In this document: positions 10,560-21,200 of the stretch, in pieces
Position numbering within the stretch: the stretch's first letter is position 1
Layout of the letters: every line of letters starts with the position of its first letter
Source of the DNA: a bacterium
Lineage (GTDB): Bacteria > SM23-31
Direction of reading: 5' to 3'
Length of the DNA: 64,000 nucleotides
NCBI GenBank assembly: GCA_965221205.1
Contig: OZ244870.1
Span: forward strand, 1,038,065-1,102,064
Program-made: the position numbers and the translations under genes
Notes under the pieces: generated by a model
What the model saw: only the letters and a program-made list of their open reading frames with translations
What the model was told of the DNA's origin: nothing
Databases searched by the model: none

Positions 10560-11025
10560 AGTATAAATTTTCTTTTATCTAATGTGAATTAATTAAATTG
10601 TTTCAAAGTTAATTTTATTAAGTACTTTCTGCGCCTATATCAAATTCCTCAGAAATTTGTCTCTCGCGAAAACCAGGGCTGTAACCTGCTTTGTATTTTT
10701 GAGTTCCGATGATTTGAGATTCCTCACAAAGACAAATTGTATGTTGCAAACTTACAATCTCAAATCAGATTATAATCACTTCGCATTTATTTTTCTCTAC
10801 AATATCATCTACACCAGTAGTATATTAACACAATGACCGGATGAGGATTTTTCGAAGGACATCGTGTATTGCAATGTATTAAATTTATTTGATTTTCCAT
10901 TCATCGGGTTTGTTGAGTGTTTTCTGGATACAATTCTTAAATAAAATCCATTTATTCTGCAACATGTGTGGTAAAGTCTTCGTCATTACTATTAAACGAC
11001 CAGGCCCGGTAACCGGTAAGGAAGT

Positions 11026-11607
11026 ATGGTTTTAGAAGAAATCGATCTCGTACGAAGAGTACAAAATGAAAGAGACATGGCTGCTTTTCAGCGGCTGGTG
11101 TGTGAACATCAGGAGCGGATATACTATCTTGTCAGGAGAATGGTCGGTAACCACGAGGATGCCCAGGACCTTGTGCAGGATACGTTCATAAAATCGCTGA
11201 CAAAGATAGGGCAGATTAAGGATGGCAGTAAATTCGGTGGCTGGATCAGTAATATAGCTGTTAATACGGTATTGGATTTTTTCAGGAAAAAGAATAATAA
11301 TGGAAAAATATCACTTTCCGATGAGGTGTCGCCGGAAGTGATCTCAGAGAAGCTCATACAGAAGAATGAGGAATCGAAAAACGGTGCCTATGAACAGGAA
11401 ACGAAGAAACACATCAGCAGAGCACTTATGAAACTGCCGCTGAACCATCGTGAGGCGTTTCTATTGTTCCATTATCAAAAATTACCGGTTAAGATTGTCG
11501 CCGACCACATGGGGTGTCCCGAAGCAACCGTTCGTTCATATGTGTTTCGGGCTGTCAAAAAATTGAGAGTATATCTTCAGGACTATAAAGAATTAACGAA
11601 AGGGTAG
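11026..11607 (+). CDS. RNA polymerase sigma-70 factor, ECF subfamily
   Basis: 193 aa; region 2 (DAQDLVQDTFIK) and region 4 HTH (EATVRSYVFRAVKKLR) patterns. Confidence 0.85.
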   Translation: MVLEEIDLVRRVQNERDMAAFQRLVCEHQERIYYLVRRMVGNHEDAQDLVQDTFIKSLTKIGQIKDGSKFGGWISNIAVNTVLDFFRKKNNNGKISLSDEVSPEVISEKLIQKNEESKNGAYEQETKKHISRALMKLPLNHREAFLLFHYQKLPVKIVADHMGCPEATVRSYVFRAVKKLRVYLQDYKELTKG

Positions 11608-11610
11608 CAC

Positions 11611-12240
11611 ATGGATTGCAGTGAAATAAAGCTCCTTTTGCCGGAATTTACCGCAGACAGACTGAATGAGCTGGACTGTGACCTCGTCCGGAAACATATT
11701 GCATCCTGTAAATCGTGTGCAAACGCGCTGCAGGATTGTACCGAACTGTTTGAAATAGTTGTGCCGGAGAAAAAAAGCATCATTACGCCTCCGGATGGAT
11801 ATTTCGATGAGGTGTGGCCTCAATTACACACAACTATTCAGAAGGAAGGACTGCATAAAGCGCCCTTTTCAAAACCGAAATGGCTGACAATGCCGCTCCA
11901 TTCGTTAAAACGCGCACCCTATTTCGCAATTTCGGCTGCGGCTGCGGTTATTCTCGCTGTAGTGATAACGCTTTACGATAATCCGGCAGAGGAATCGGGA
12001 TCAGATATAACGCAGCCGGCCATACGTGTGGAGAACGATTCTGAGCAGAACGATAATCCTGTTTCCGGAACAACACAGAGCACACCCGGCATAACCAGTG
12101 TGGTCAACTCCGGAATACAAAAACTAAATTTGCCCACGACTGCTGGTGTAAAGGGCTATCTGGATCCGAAAAAACGTGAAGATGCATACGACTCCTTTAC
12201 AACATATCTCGCAAATGTGATCGTCAATATGCAGGACTGA
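11611..12240 (+). CDS. Anti-sigma factor (zf-HC2 type) with transmembrane segment
   Basis: Starts 4 nt after the sigma factor stop; N-terminal H-x3-C-x2-C (HIASCKSC); hydrophobic helix FAISAAAAVILAVVITL. Confidence 0.6.
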   Translation: MDCSEIKLLLPEFTADRLNELDCDLVRKHIASCKSCANALQDCTELFEIVVPEKKSIITPPDGYFDEVWPQLHTTIQKEGLHKAPFSKPKWLTMPLHSLKRAPYFAISAAAAVILAVVITLYDNPAEESGSDITQPAIRVENDSEQNDNPVSGTTQSTPGITSVVNSGIQKLNLPTTAGVKGYLDPKKREDAYDSFTTYLANVIVNMQD

Positions 12241-12294
12241 TTCAAATGAGACTATTATTCGATAATCATAAATTTATCATGAGAATGATTACTC

Positions 12295-13362
12295 ATGCAA
12301 TGTAGGGAAGTATTCATGACACTTCGAGTGAAAACGATTTTCCGCAAATATGGTACGGCTGCTCTTGTTTTAATGGCTGCGGGCATTCAATTGGGTCCTT
12401 CAGATCTTTTCGGGCAGGATGAATTGCTATTAAGCAGGATTCCGGACGGAGATTTTGCGGTTTTCTCATTTTCCCCGGGCGATATCATTGAATCTGAGTT
12501 CCTGAATTATTTTATTGAGGGCGATTCTGCAGCGCAGGCAATTCGTGAACACGGATTGGCGGCCTTTGAGGGGATATCAGGTGTCAGAATAGACGGCATT
12601 AACAATGTCATGGTGTTTGTTTCCGATTTCCATAGCGCAATTCCTACTATTGGTGCACTGGCATCGGGAGATTTCAGTGGTCTGAATTACGATATAATTC
12701 TGAGAGCACTTAGTGTGCCATCAAATATTGAACATCTCATAAAGGTGAATGGCTATAATGTTCACGTATATTCTATTCAGGGGGAGAACGATGAGGAAGA
12801 AAATGAAATAGATATTGACGTTGAACCCCATCTGTATTTTGATGACGAAGAAATTCTCATAGCCGGTTCCCGTGAGTTTATTGAACAATTACTTTGGCTC
12901 AAAAATGGCCGGGGTTCCAATCTCCATGATAACAATGAATTTGTGGATCAATTTGAACATATCCGTGACAATGAAAGTTTTTGGTTTGTGATCCCGACGA
13001 CGAAGATCATGGACGATGTTATGGAAAAAGTACTTACAGAGACAGAAGGTTTGTTCAGCGGGGAGCGGTTGGATATTACGGGTGTAGTAGGAGGGTTTAC
13101 TTTTTCTGATACGTTCGATATGGTGCTTCAGCTCCATAATAAAAACAAAGATCAGATAGAACATTTATATAATTTAGTGAACGGTCTCCGGAGTTTTGCG
13201 ATACTGGGTGTTATGGGAGTGCCGGAGATGAAAGAATTGACCAACTATATCAATTCTATTGAATTGACAAAAGAAAGTGGATTTCTTCAGCTTCGTTTAG
13301 AGTTAACTATCAAGCAGATTGAGGAATTAATTACTCATTTGGAAGAGGCGGGAATTGATTAA
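12295..13362 (+). CDS. Hypothetical secreted protein (paralog A, ABC-transporter associated)
   Basis: 355 aa with signal peptide; clear paralog of 15237-16307 (shared LSRIPDGDFAV, SGDFSGLNYDI, FDDEEIL blocks). Confidence 0.5.
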   Translation: MQCREVFMTLRVKTIFRKYGTAALVLMAAGIQLGPSDLFGQDELLLSRIPDGDFAVFSFSPGDIIESEFLNYFIEGDSAAQAIREHGLAAFEGISGVRIDGINNVMVFVSDFHSAIPTIGALASGDFSGLNYDIILRALSVPSNIEHLIKVNGYNVHVYSIQGENDEEENEIDIDVEPHLYFDDEEILIAGSREFIEQLLWLKNGRGSNLHDNNEFVDQFEHIRDNESFWFVIPTTKIMDDVMEKVLTETEGLFSGERLDITGVVGGFTFSDTFDMVLQLHNKNKDQIEHLYNLVNGLRSFAILGVMGVPEMKELTNYINSIELTKESGFLQLRLELTIKQIEELITHLEEAGID

Positions 13363-13440
13363 TATTGAGAGAATTATTGGAATATATGAACAACGAATGC
13401 TGATTTTCAATGTATAAAAAATAAGAGTTGAGATGAATAA

Positions 13441-14376
13441 GTGATAATTATTGACTGCAAGGGAATCACCAAGACATTTCGCACAGGCTTGGTAAAAAAT
13501 AGATTTACCGCTCTCGACAATGTTGAGCTTGAGATACAGCAGGGCGAAATTTTCGGCATTCTCGGCCCGAACGGTGCCGGAAAAACCACACTCCTGAAAA
13601 TAATTCTTGGTCTTATCTATCCTGACGAGGGTGCGGTGACGATATTCAGTAAGGATGTAAAGGATCATACATCACGGAGTAAAGTCGGATACCTGCCTGA
13701 AGCACCCAATTTGCCTCCATATTTGACAGCAAAGCAGACGCTTGAATTATTTGGAAAACTGTCTGGTGTTCCATCAGAAGAAATAAAAACGAGAACTGCC
13801 GAAATTCTGACGGAAGTGAAAATGGACAAATGGGCGGACAAAAAGACATCGACTTTTTCCAAAGGAATGGCCCAACGTCTCGGTCTTGCACAGGCACTGG
13901 TCAGTGAACCTGATTTGATTTTCCTGGACGAGCCAACCGACGGTGTCGACCCAATTGGACGGAAAGAAATCCGTGACATTCTTCAGCGTTTGAAACAACA
14001 GGGGAAGACAATTTTTCTCAACTCCCATCTCCTGAGCGAGACAGAGATGATATGTGACCGGGTAGCAATCGTGGATAAAGGAAAAATCGTGGCAGTGGGT
14101 GGAATCGAAGATATGACATTATCTCTGAATAGTTACCGGATAAAGTGCAAAGAACTGCCGAACGGTATTGCAGACAAATTACAAGGTATTGCACGGGTGA
14201 AAACAGTGGAGAATGGCACGATTAACGCACTTGTTGAAAATCTGGAAGGACTAAATCGGGTGATTGATGTGCTGAGAAGCGAAAATATCATCATTGAGTC
14301 AATCTCCCAGAACAGACAGAGCCTTGAATCGTATTTTGTCGACCTGATAACCGACTTACGCGGAGAGGAGGCCTGA
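13441..14376 (+). CDS. ABC transporter ATP-binding protein
   Basis: Walker A GPNGAGKTT, signature-like FSKGMAQRLGLAQAL, Walker B IFLDEPTDGVD; GTG start. Confidence 0.85.
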   Translation: MIIIDCKGITKTFRTGLVKNRFTALDNVELEIQQGEIFGILGPNGAGKTTLLKIILGLIYPDEGAVTIFSKDVKDHTSRSKVGYLPEAPNLPPYLTAKQTLELFGKLSGVPSEEIKTRTAEILTEVKMDKWADKKTSTFSKGMAQRLGLAQALVSEPDLIFLDEPTDGVDPIGRKEIRDILQRLKQQGKTIFLNSHLLSETEMICDRVAIVDKGKIVAVGGIEDMTLSLNSYRIKCKELPNGIADKLQGIARVKTVENGTINALVENLEGLNRVIDVLRSENIIIESISQNRQSLESYFVDLITDLRGEEA

Positions 14377-14378
14377 TC

Positions 14379-15212
14379 ATGGGTATTGCAGCGATAATTC
14401 AGGATACACTCCGCGAGTGTATGGCGAAGAAGATTATTTTCCTGTTTCTGCTCATTGGCACGATAGGTATATTCGGACTATATCTGCTCCTCGATCTGGA
14501 TATTCTGGAAAACGGTGTCGTTCTGTCATTCATATTTGATACAAACGATGCAGAATTCATGAGTCTTAACCAATTCAATGATGTCGTGAAAAAGGTGTTA
14601 TCCGTGTTGGCAGTTTCTCTTGTGAACATCGTTTTCTTTCTTTCTGTATTTGCAACAGCAGACCTGATTCCGAGCCTCATGACAAAGGGGCGGCTTGACC
14701 TTTATCTTGCACGGCCGGTGTCACGGGCACAGCTTTTGATTGGAAAATATCTCGGTGCCTTATCTGTTGTCGCTCTGAACATTATTTACATAATCTTCGG
14801 TTTATGGTTGGTTATCGGAATAAAAACGGGTATATGGGATTTCAATTTTCTCTATACCATTGCGGGCACGCTGTTTATGTTTGCGGCGTTCTATCCGTTC
14901 ATTATTATTACCGGTCTCCATTTTAAAAACACACCTATCATCCTTATCGTGGCGTTAATGATATATACGCTTAGCCAGCCACTTGCCTTTCGGGAATTTG
15001 GCATTGCTTTTTTTAATAATAAACTGTTTGAATATCCGGTTGAAGCACTTTACTGGATACTGCCTAAGTCTTATGAATTAAGCTTTTTAGTTATACGAAA
15101 TCTGGCCGAAGGATCCGCAGTCGAGAGCTGGACACCGGTTACCAGCACCATTATCAGCACACTTGGTATATTCATGGTCGGTATTTTCTTTTTTTCACGA
15201 AAAAACTGCTGA
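14379..15212 (+). CDS. ABC-2 type transporter permease
   Basis: 277 aa polytopic membrane protein starting 3 nt after the ATPase gene. Confidence 0.7.
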   Translation: MGIAAIIQDTLRECMAKKIIFLFLLIGTIGIFGLYLLLDLDILENGVVLSFIFDTNDAEFMSLNQFNDVVKKVLSVLAVSLVNIVFFLSVFATADLIPSLMTKGRLDLYLARPVSRAQLLIGKYLGALSVVALNIIYIIFGLWLVIGIKTGIWDFNFLYTIAGTLFMFAAFYPFIIITGLHFKNTPIILIVALMIYTLSQPLAFREFGIAFFNNKLFEYPVEALYWILPKSYELSFLVIRNLAEGSAVESWTPVTSTIISTLGIFMVGIFFFSRKNC

Positions 15213-15236
15213 GAAATAAATGAAGAGGATAGTATC

Positions 15237-16307
15237 ATGCTAAAAGAAGTGATTTATATAAAACAGTTGTTAAGTATGACCACTGCAATTCTGCTTTTTC
15301 TGGGAGTCCTGCTCAATAGTGGTGAGCTTAACGCTCAGGATAGGTCATTACTGGACAGAATTCCGGAAGAAGCGTTTGCGGTTGCATCGCTCAACCCGAA
15401 CAGCATTGTCGAATCGGCAATGCTGAACTATCTCATTGAAGGAGATTCGACGTTGGAGGAGATGTACGAACACGCCATCAATGCATTCGAAGGTCTATCC
15501 GGTGTAAAGATGGATGAGTTGAACAGCATCACCTTTTTTGTTGCCAGAGTCGGGAGTGAAAACAGAAATATAGACTGGAATATCGGAGCAATCGCTTCTG
15601 GAAATTTCAGTGGTTTGAATTACAATATTCTCATGAGCACCCATACTGTTCCTAAACAAGTCGTAGAGATAAACGGATATGAGGTGCATGCACTGTCTGC
15701 ACCAGATAGAAATAAAAATCACGATGACGATTCAGACGAAACACACGGAAGTGCTATGGATAGTGATGATGAAGATAAAGTAGTCTATGTGTTTTTTGAT
15801 GATGAAGAAGTTCTTGCAGCTAACTCCCGCGAATTAATGGAACAGCTTCTCCGGCTCAAACGCGGAAACGGCTCCAGTTTCCGGAATAACAGCAAATTTA
15901 CTGACCGCTTTAATACAACTCGGAATAATGCGAGTTTCTCGGTCATCGTTCCCGATGGTAAAGTTGTTGACGAATTCATCAATGAACACAGAGATGATGA
16001 TACAAACATTGCTTCTCCGCTGTTTGCGAATACGAGTCTTATTGGTAGTGCGGATATTTCGGAGAATATCGATTTGAATCTGCAGGTCCATAACTCTGAT
16101 GGTGAGAAGCTCGATCATATGTTCAATTTTGCTAACGGCATAAAGAGCCTTGCACTGCTGGGTACGATGCAAGAACCGGAACTAAAAGACCTGATCGCTC
16201 TGGTTGGTCTGAACAAGCGGTCCGGCTATATCGAACTCGATGCGCAATTGACCCTTGAAGATATCAAAAGGTTGAAAGACTTACACAAAGATTCGAACAG
16301 AAATTAA
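15237..16307 (+). CDS. Hypothetical secreted protein (paralog B)
   Basis: 356 aa with signal peptide; paralog of 12295-13362. Confidence 0.5.
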   Translation: MLKEVIYIKQLLSMTTAILLFLGVLLNSGELNAQDRSLLDRIPEEAFAVASLNPNSIVESAMLNYLIEGDSTLEEMYEHAINAFEGLSGVKMDELNSITFFVARVGSENRNIDWNIGAIASGNFSGLNYNILMSTHTVPKQVVEINGYEVHALSAPDRNKNHDDDSDETHGSAMDSDDEDKVVYVFFDDEEVLAANSRELMEQLLRLKRGNGSSFRNNSKFTDRFNTTRNNASFSVIVPDGKVVDEFINEHRDDDTNIASPLFANTSLIGSADISENIDLNLQVHNSDGEKLDHMFNFANGIKSLALLGTMQEPELKDLIALVGLNKRSGYIELDAQLTLEDIKRLKDLHKDSNRN

Positions 16308-16368
16308 AGTAAACCCATACCAGATTAAATAACCTGTCTCCTTGATACAGTTCCATCATTGTATCACC

Positions 16369-16411
16369 AGCCTCCACGATATATTGTTCATGATATATTG
16401 TTATGGAGGCT
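16369..16411. repeat. Inverted repeat (8 bp stem AGCCTCCA/TGGAGGCT) enclosing two direct GATATATTGTT repeats
   Basis: Read directly: stem 16369-16376 pairs with 16404-16411; 27 nt loop contains GATATATTGTT twice; sits between the ABC operon and the low-GC Type II R-M cassette. Confidence 0.4.
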
Positions 16412-16540
16412 ACAAGAGTTCTGATTTTCAATTAATGTTAATAAATATTGATTGACTTATCAAAAATGTTTAGTAATTTTAGAAGAATCCGAGTTTACTG
16501 TTATTTCATTAAATATAGGATGTAATTTTGGAGTAAAATA

Positions 16541-17494
16541 GTGAATCAAGAGATATTAGATATTAAACAAGACATATTTCAATCGCACTATGAAATAGTA
16601 TTAGGTGATACTCTTGGAAATTTGCGCAAGACAGAATCGGAAAAATTTAATTTAATTATTACTTCACCTCCATACAACATTGGGAAAAATTATGAAACAA
16701 AACAACCTATTGAAACTTACCTAAGTCAGCAAGAAGAAGTTATTGATGAATTGGTGAGAATAATTTCCAATCAAGGAAGTATATGTTGGCAAATTGGAAA
16801 TTATGTAAATAATGGTGAAGTTTTTCCATTGGATATATACTATTATCAAATTTTTAAAAAGCATAATTTATTTTTAAGAAATAGAATAATATGGCATTTT
16901 GGACATGGTTTACATGCTTCTAATAGATTTTCAGGAAGATATGAAACAATATTATGGTTTACAAAAAGCAATGATTATATTTTTAATTTAGACGAAGTTA
17001 GGGTGCCATCAAAATATCCGGGCAAAAAGCATTTTAAGGGTCCAAAAAAAGGAAAGTTTTCTGGTAATCCTAAAGGTAAAAATCCAACTGACATATGGGA
17101 GGTTTTACTGAGTGATTGGGAAAAGGAAATATGGAATATCCCAAATGTGAAATCTAATCATCCTGAAAAAACAATACATCCCTGCCAATTTCCAATAGAG
17201 TTAGTTGAAAGATTTATTTTAGCGCTTACTAATATAGGAGGTTGGATTCTTGATCCATATGCTGGTGTAGGTTCTTCAATTATTGCCGCTATAAAAAACA
17301 ATAGAAATGTAATTGGAATAGAAAAAGAAATTGATTATGTCGATATAGCAAAGGATAGAATAAAAAAACTGTTTGAAGGTAATTTAAAGCTCAGACCTAT
17401 GACAAAGCCTATCCACCAACCTTCACCAAAAGATAAAATTGCTAAAATTCCTGAAGATTGGCTGTTTGATAATAGAGAAGGTAATACTCAATGA
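16541..17494 (+). CDS. DNA methyltransferase, beta-class (N4-cytosine or N6-adenine)
   Basis: Motif IV TSPPY precedes motif I LDPYAGVGSS; GTG start; stop overlaps the next gene start (ATGA). Confidence 0.8.
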   Translation: MNQEILDIKQDIFQSHYEIVLGDTLGNLRKTESEKFNLIITSPPYNIGKNYETKQPIETYLSQQEEVIDELVRIISNQGSICWQIGNYVNNGEVFPLDIYYYQIFKKHNLFLRNRIIWHFGHGLHASNRFSGRYETILWFTKSNDYIFNLDEVRVPSKYPGKKHFKGPKKGKFSGNPKGKNPTDIWEVLLSDWEKEIWNIPNVKSNHPEKTIHPCQFPIELVERFILALTNIGGWILDPYAGVGSSIIAAIKNNRNVIGIEKEIDYVDIAKDRIKKLFEGNLKLRPMTKPIHQPSPKDKIAKIPEDWLFDNREGNTQ

Positions 17495-18105
17495 AAATTG
17501 CACAAAAATATTCACATTTAAATGGAGAAGAATACTTGATAGTTCACCATAATAAGTTATACTCTGAGATTAAGAGAATTATTCAAAGTATCGATGCGGA
17601 TAATTTTAAAACAAAAATTAGTAAAGAGAAAACTAAAAAAGGTTTAAAGCTTTATAGCCCAATAGGATTGAATAAAGTATTTGATAAGTTGTTTTCAGAG
17701 AACAATTGGAAGGAAAGTAGATATCAGTACTATATTACACTCAATAGGGAATTAATGGAAAAAAGCATTTTACTTCCGGCTAAAGAACAAAAGGATTTTT
17801 TAGTTTCATCAGGTGAAAAAGAGCCATTATTTTCATACAACCAAACAGATTTTGTAAAAGAAAAGATTGCAGTTGAGATGCAATTTGGTAAATACTCATT
17901 TGTTGCATATGATTTGTTCGTAAAGCATATGTTGTTTTACTCAGGTGGTATTATAAATCTAGGGATAGAAATATTACCTACTAAAAAGATGCAATCTCAA
18001 ATGTCGTCTGGAATTGCATATTTTGAAGGAGAGGTTTATAACGTTATGCGGCATGGAAGAAATAACCCACCAATTCCTTTGCTAATAATTGGTATTGAAC
18101 CATGA
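17491..18105 (+). CDS. Type II restriction endonuclease, BglII/BamHI family
   Basis: 204 aa; block VEMQFGKYSFVAYDLFVKHMLF closely parallels BglII TLVEVQFSNYPFLLNNTVRSELF (recalled from memory); 4 nt overlap with the methyltransferase. Confidence 0.65.
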   Translation: MKIAQKYSHLNGEEYLIVHHNKLYSEIKRIIQSIDADNFKTKISKEKTKKGLKLYSPIGLNKVFDKLFSENNWKESRYQYYITLNRELMEKSILLPAKEQKDFLVSSGEKEPLFSYNQTDFVKEKIAVEMQFGKYSFVAYDLFVKHMLFYSGGIINLGIEILPTKKMQSQMSSGIAYFEGEVYNVMRHGRNNPPIPLLIIGIEP

Positions 18106-18326
18106 GTGATAATCGCTCAAACGTCTTGAACGGGTGATTATTTGAATCAATTATATAAATCATTGGAAATCTACAGTACCTTAATACTGTATTAAGATAT
18201 TTTATAGCATACCTGCTTCTCCGTCATTAAATTTAATTAATCAAAATTTTCTGAACAATTATTTTGAAACAGCTGCATCTCATATATTTATTAAATTAAT
18301 GGACCTTTATAAGAAGGGAGAAAAAC

Positions 18327-20384
18327 ATGCATAAAATAAACCACTCTCTTATTCCTCTTATTATTTCCTTGCTGATACCTTTTTCATTACTTGCACAAAC
18401 GAACACCAATCCCAACCGGTTTAACCAGCTCGATGTGTTTGAGCTTGAGTATGGGTCGGATCCGCAGATTTCGCCGGATGGGCGGCACGTGGTCTATGTC
18501 CGGAATTTCATGGATATCATGGCTGACCGGATGCGGTCAAATCTCTGGATCGTCAATTTTGACGGATCGGAGCACCGGCCTCTGACATCGGGGAATAACA
18601 ACTACTCGTCTCCTCGCTGGTCGCCGGACGGAGAACGTCTCCTCTACAGCTCGAACGCCGACGGACCATCCCAACTTTACATGCGGTGGATGGATACCGG
18701 ACACGCAGCTAAAATTACGAACTTTACTAAATCCGCCGGAAGTGTTACCTGGTCACCCGACGGCAAGTCGATCGCTTTCACGATGTTTGTCGATGAAAAG
18801 CCTGCCCAGTTCGCAAAAATGCCCCCGAAACCGGAAGGAGCAGAATGGGCAAAACCGGCAATATACATCGATAAGCTGGTCTACCGTGCCGATGGTGCGG
18901 GGTACCTTGATCCTGGTTATCGACACATTTTTGTCGTTCCGTCCGAAGGCGGCTCTCCACGGCAGCTCACGTTCGGAGACTTCAACCACAACGGGCCGCT
19001 CGCATGGACACCCGACAGCAGATTGATCATTTTTTCAGCCAACCGGCACAGCGATTGGGAATACAACAACAACAATTCTGAAATCTACCGGGTATCGCTC
19101 GATGACGGCGAAATCGATGTCTTAACCGACCGGAATGGCCCCGATTCGAGTCCGGTCCTTTCGCCCGACGGATCAAAAATCGCCTATCTCGGATTCGATG
19201 ACCAGCTCCACGGCTATCATGTGACAAAATTATACTTCATGAACGTCGACAGCAGAAGGAGTTTTGTTGTCACCGGGGATTTCGACCGGGATGTGCAGGA
19301 ACCCTATTGGAACAGCGGCAGTGACGGCCTCTATTTCCGGTACGACACCGAAGGAAATACAAAAATTGCTCATGTCGACCTGAATGGCAACGTCGAGACC
19401 CTTGCCGGCGATGTCGGTGGGCTCTCGCTCGGCCGTCCCTATTCCGGCGGTACATATTCAGTCACACCGGACGGACGGTTTGCTTTTACCCATTCACGTC
19501 CCGATCATCCTGCCGATATCGCAGTGGGACAAAGCGATTCAGACGATATTCGTATCATAACTGCGCTGAACGAAGACCTCTTGGGCCATAAAAAACTCAG
19601 TGAAACGGAAGAAATCTGGTACCACTCAACATTTGATAACAGAATGATTCAGGGGTGGGTTGTCAAACCGGCCGATTTCGATCCTGAAAAAGAGTATCCC
19701 CTCATTCTTGAAATTCACGGCGGCCCGTTTGCCAATTATGGCGACCGGTTCTCTGCCGAAGTTCAGCTCTATGCCTCAGCCGGCTATGCAGTGCTCTACA
19801 CCAATCCCCGCGGCAGCACAAGTTACGGTAAACAGTTCGGCAACCTCATTCACCACAATTATCCCGGTGAAGATTATGATGACCTGATGTCGGGTGTCAA
19901 CGCAGCCCTCGATCTGGGCTATATCGATGAAGACAACCTCTTTGTCACCGGTGGAAGCGGTGGAGGTGTTCTGTCGGCATGGATCGTCGGGAAATCTGAC
20001 CGGTTTGCAGCGGCGGTCGTCGCTAAACCGGTCATCAACTGGTACAGTTTTGTTCTCACGTCGGACAGTTATCCCTTTTTCTATAAGTACTGGTTTCCCG
20101 GTTTTCCGTGGGACCATCAGGACCACTACATGAAACGGTCACCGCTCTCTCTTGTCGGCAATGTATCAACACCGACAATGCTTCTGACCGGGGAGGCTGA
20201 CCACCGGACGCCGATATCCGAATCGGAACAGTTTTATCAGGCGCTCAAACTGAGGCAAGTCGATGCCGCAATGGTCCGGATTCCCGACGCATCGCACGGA
20301 ATTACCGCGCGTCCGAGCAATCTCATTAAAAAAGTTACCCATGTCCTTGCATGGTTTGAGAAATATCGGCAGCAAAACAAATAA
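18327..20384 (+). CDS. S9 family serine peptidase (prolyl oligopeptidase/acylaminoacyl-peptidase type) with N-terminal beta-propeller
   Basis: 685 aa; signal peptide; repeated SPDG/WSPDG propeller motifs; catalytic GGSGGG serine motif, downstream Asp and His. Confidence 0.85.
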   Translation: MHKINHSLIPLIISLLIPFSLLAQTNTNPNRFNQLDVFELEYGSDPQISPDGRHVVYVRNFMDIMADRMRSNLWIVNFDGSEHRPLTSGNNNYSSPRWSPDGERLLYSSNADGPSQLYMRWMDTGHAAKITNFTKSAGSVTWSPDGKSIAFTMFVDEKPAQFAKMPPKPEGAEWAKPAIYIDKLVYRADGAGYLDPGYRHIFVVPSEGGSPRQLTFGDFNHNGPLAWTPDSRLIIFSANRHSDWEYNNNNSEIYRVSLDDGEIDVLTDRNGPDSSPVLSPDGSKIAYLGFDDQLHGYHVTKLYFMNVDSRRSFVVTGDFDRDVQEPYWNSGSDGLYFRYDTEGNTKIAHVDLNGNVETLAGDVGGLSLGRPYSGGTYSVTPDGRFAFTHSRPDHPADIAVGQSDSDDIRIITALNEDLLGHKKLSETEEIWYHSTFDNRMIQGWVVKPADFDPEKEYPLILEIHGGPFANYGDRFSAEVQLYASAGYAVLYTNPRGSTSYGKQFGNLIHHNYPGEDYDDLMSGVNAALDLGYIDEDNLFVTGGSGGGVLSAWIVGKSDRFAAAVVAKPVINWYSFVLTSDSYPFFYKYWFPGFPWDHQDHYMKRSPLSLVGNVSTPTMLLTGEADHRTPISESEQFYQALKLRQVDAAMVRIPDASHGITARPSNLIKKVTHVLAWFEKYRQQNK

Positions 20385-20427
20385 TTAAGATACAGTTTAA
20401 AAATGAACATACACCAGTGGAGAAATC

Positions 20428-20802
20428 ATGGGAAAAACATACATCCCGAATCCCGAAAAATTTCCTGATGTACCGTTTAGCGGTGCTGTCGTTAGCGGAA
20501 ACACCTGTTACTGCTCTGGCAGTCTGGGGCTCGATGTAACGACAATGGAGATGGCTGAGGGCATTGAAGAACAGACGGTGAAAGCAATGGAGAATATAAA
20601 TGACACACTCTCACGTGCCGGATTTGAAATGGACGACATTGTTACGGCTACGATCTACCTGAAAAATCTCGATGATTTTAAGGTTATGAATGAGGTTTAT
20701 GCCCGCTACTTTCCCGGGAATAAGCCGTCCCGGACAACCGTCGGAGTTGCCGACCTCTTGATGGGTGCCCTCGTCGAAATCACATGTTTGGCAGAGAAAT
20801 AA
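20428..20802 (+). CDS. RidA family protein (YjgF/endoribonuclease L-PSP fold)
   Basis: 124 aa with typical RidA length and C-terminal TTVGVADLLMGALVEI pattern. Confidence 0.8.
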   Translation: MGKTYIPNPEKFPDVPFSGAVVSGNTCYCSGSLGLDVTTMEMAEGIEEQTVKAMENINDTLSRAGFEMDDIVTATIYLKNLDDFKVMNEVYARYFPGNKPSRTTVGVADLLMGALVEITCLAEK

Positions 20803-20975
20803 AAGTAAATCTCCAAAAAGGCAAAACATCCAACTTTTTATAAAGTTGAAGTTATGAGCTGAAATATGCGGTTTATTAAACCGATGGTGTATTGTCTTCA
20901 TTCCTTTCTCTTATCCTCTGTGATGATGATCTCCTCAATCGACTTCGGGCCGGTGACGTCAATCGTTTGCTGCTT

Positions 20976-21200
20976 TCAATCCGGTATCAGCTTCTTTAAT
21001 ACAGTTGATATTGCCTTTGCATTGCCGCTCAGTGCCATTTTGACAATCTCTTCGTACACATTTTTGCCCGTGTCCTCTATCTCGCTACGTAATGTTGTAG
21101 CGTTCCGATCAATAAATCGTTTGAGAAAAAATCCTGAGAGGAATCCTCCAGCGAATGATAACCAGAGTGCGATTATTATACTTATTGTTGTAATAGCCAT
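20976..21200 (-). CDS. Small hypothetical membrane-anchored protein
   Basis: 74 aa with N-terminal hydrophobic helix (IIIALWLSFAGGFLSGFF); chosen over the overlapping plus-strand ORF 20866-21249 on protein-likeness only. Confidence 0.3.
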   Translation of the reverse strand: MAITTISIIIALWLSFAGGFLSGFFLKRFIDRNATTLRSEIEDTGKNVYEEIVKMALSGNAKAISTVLKKLIPD

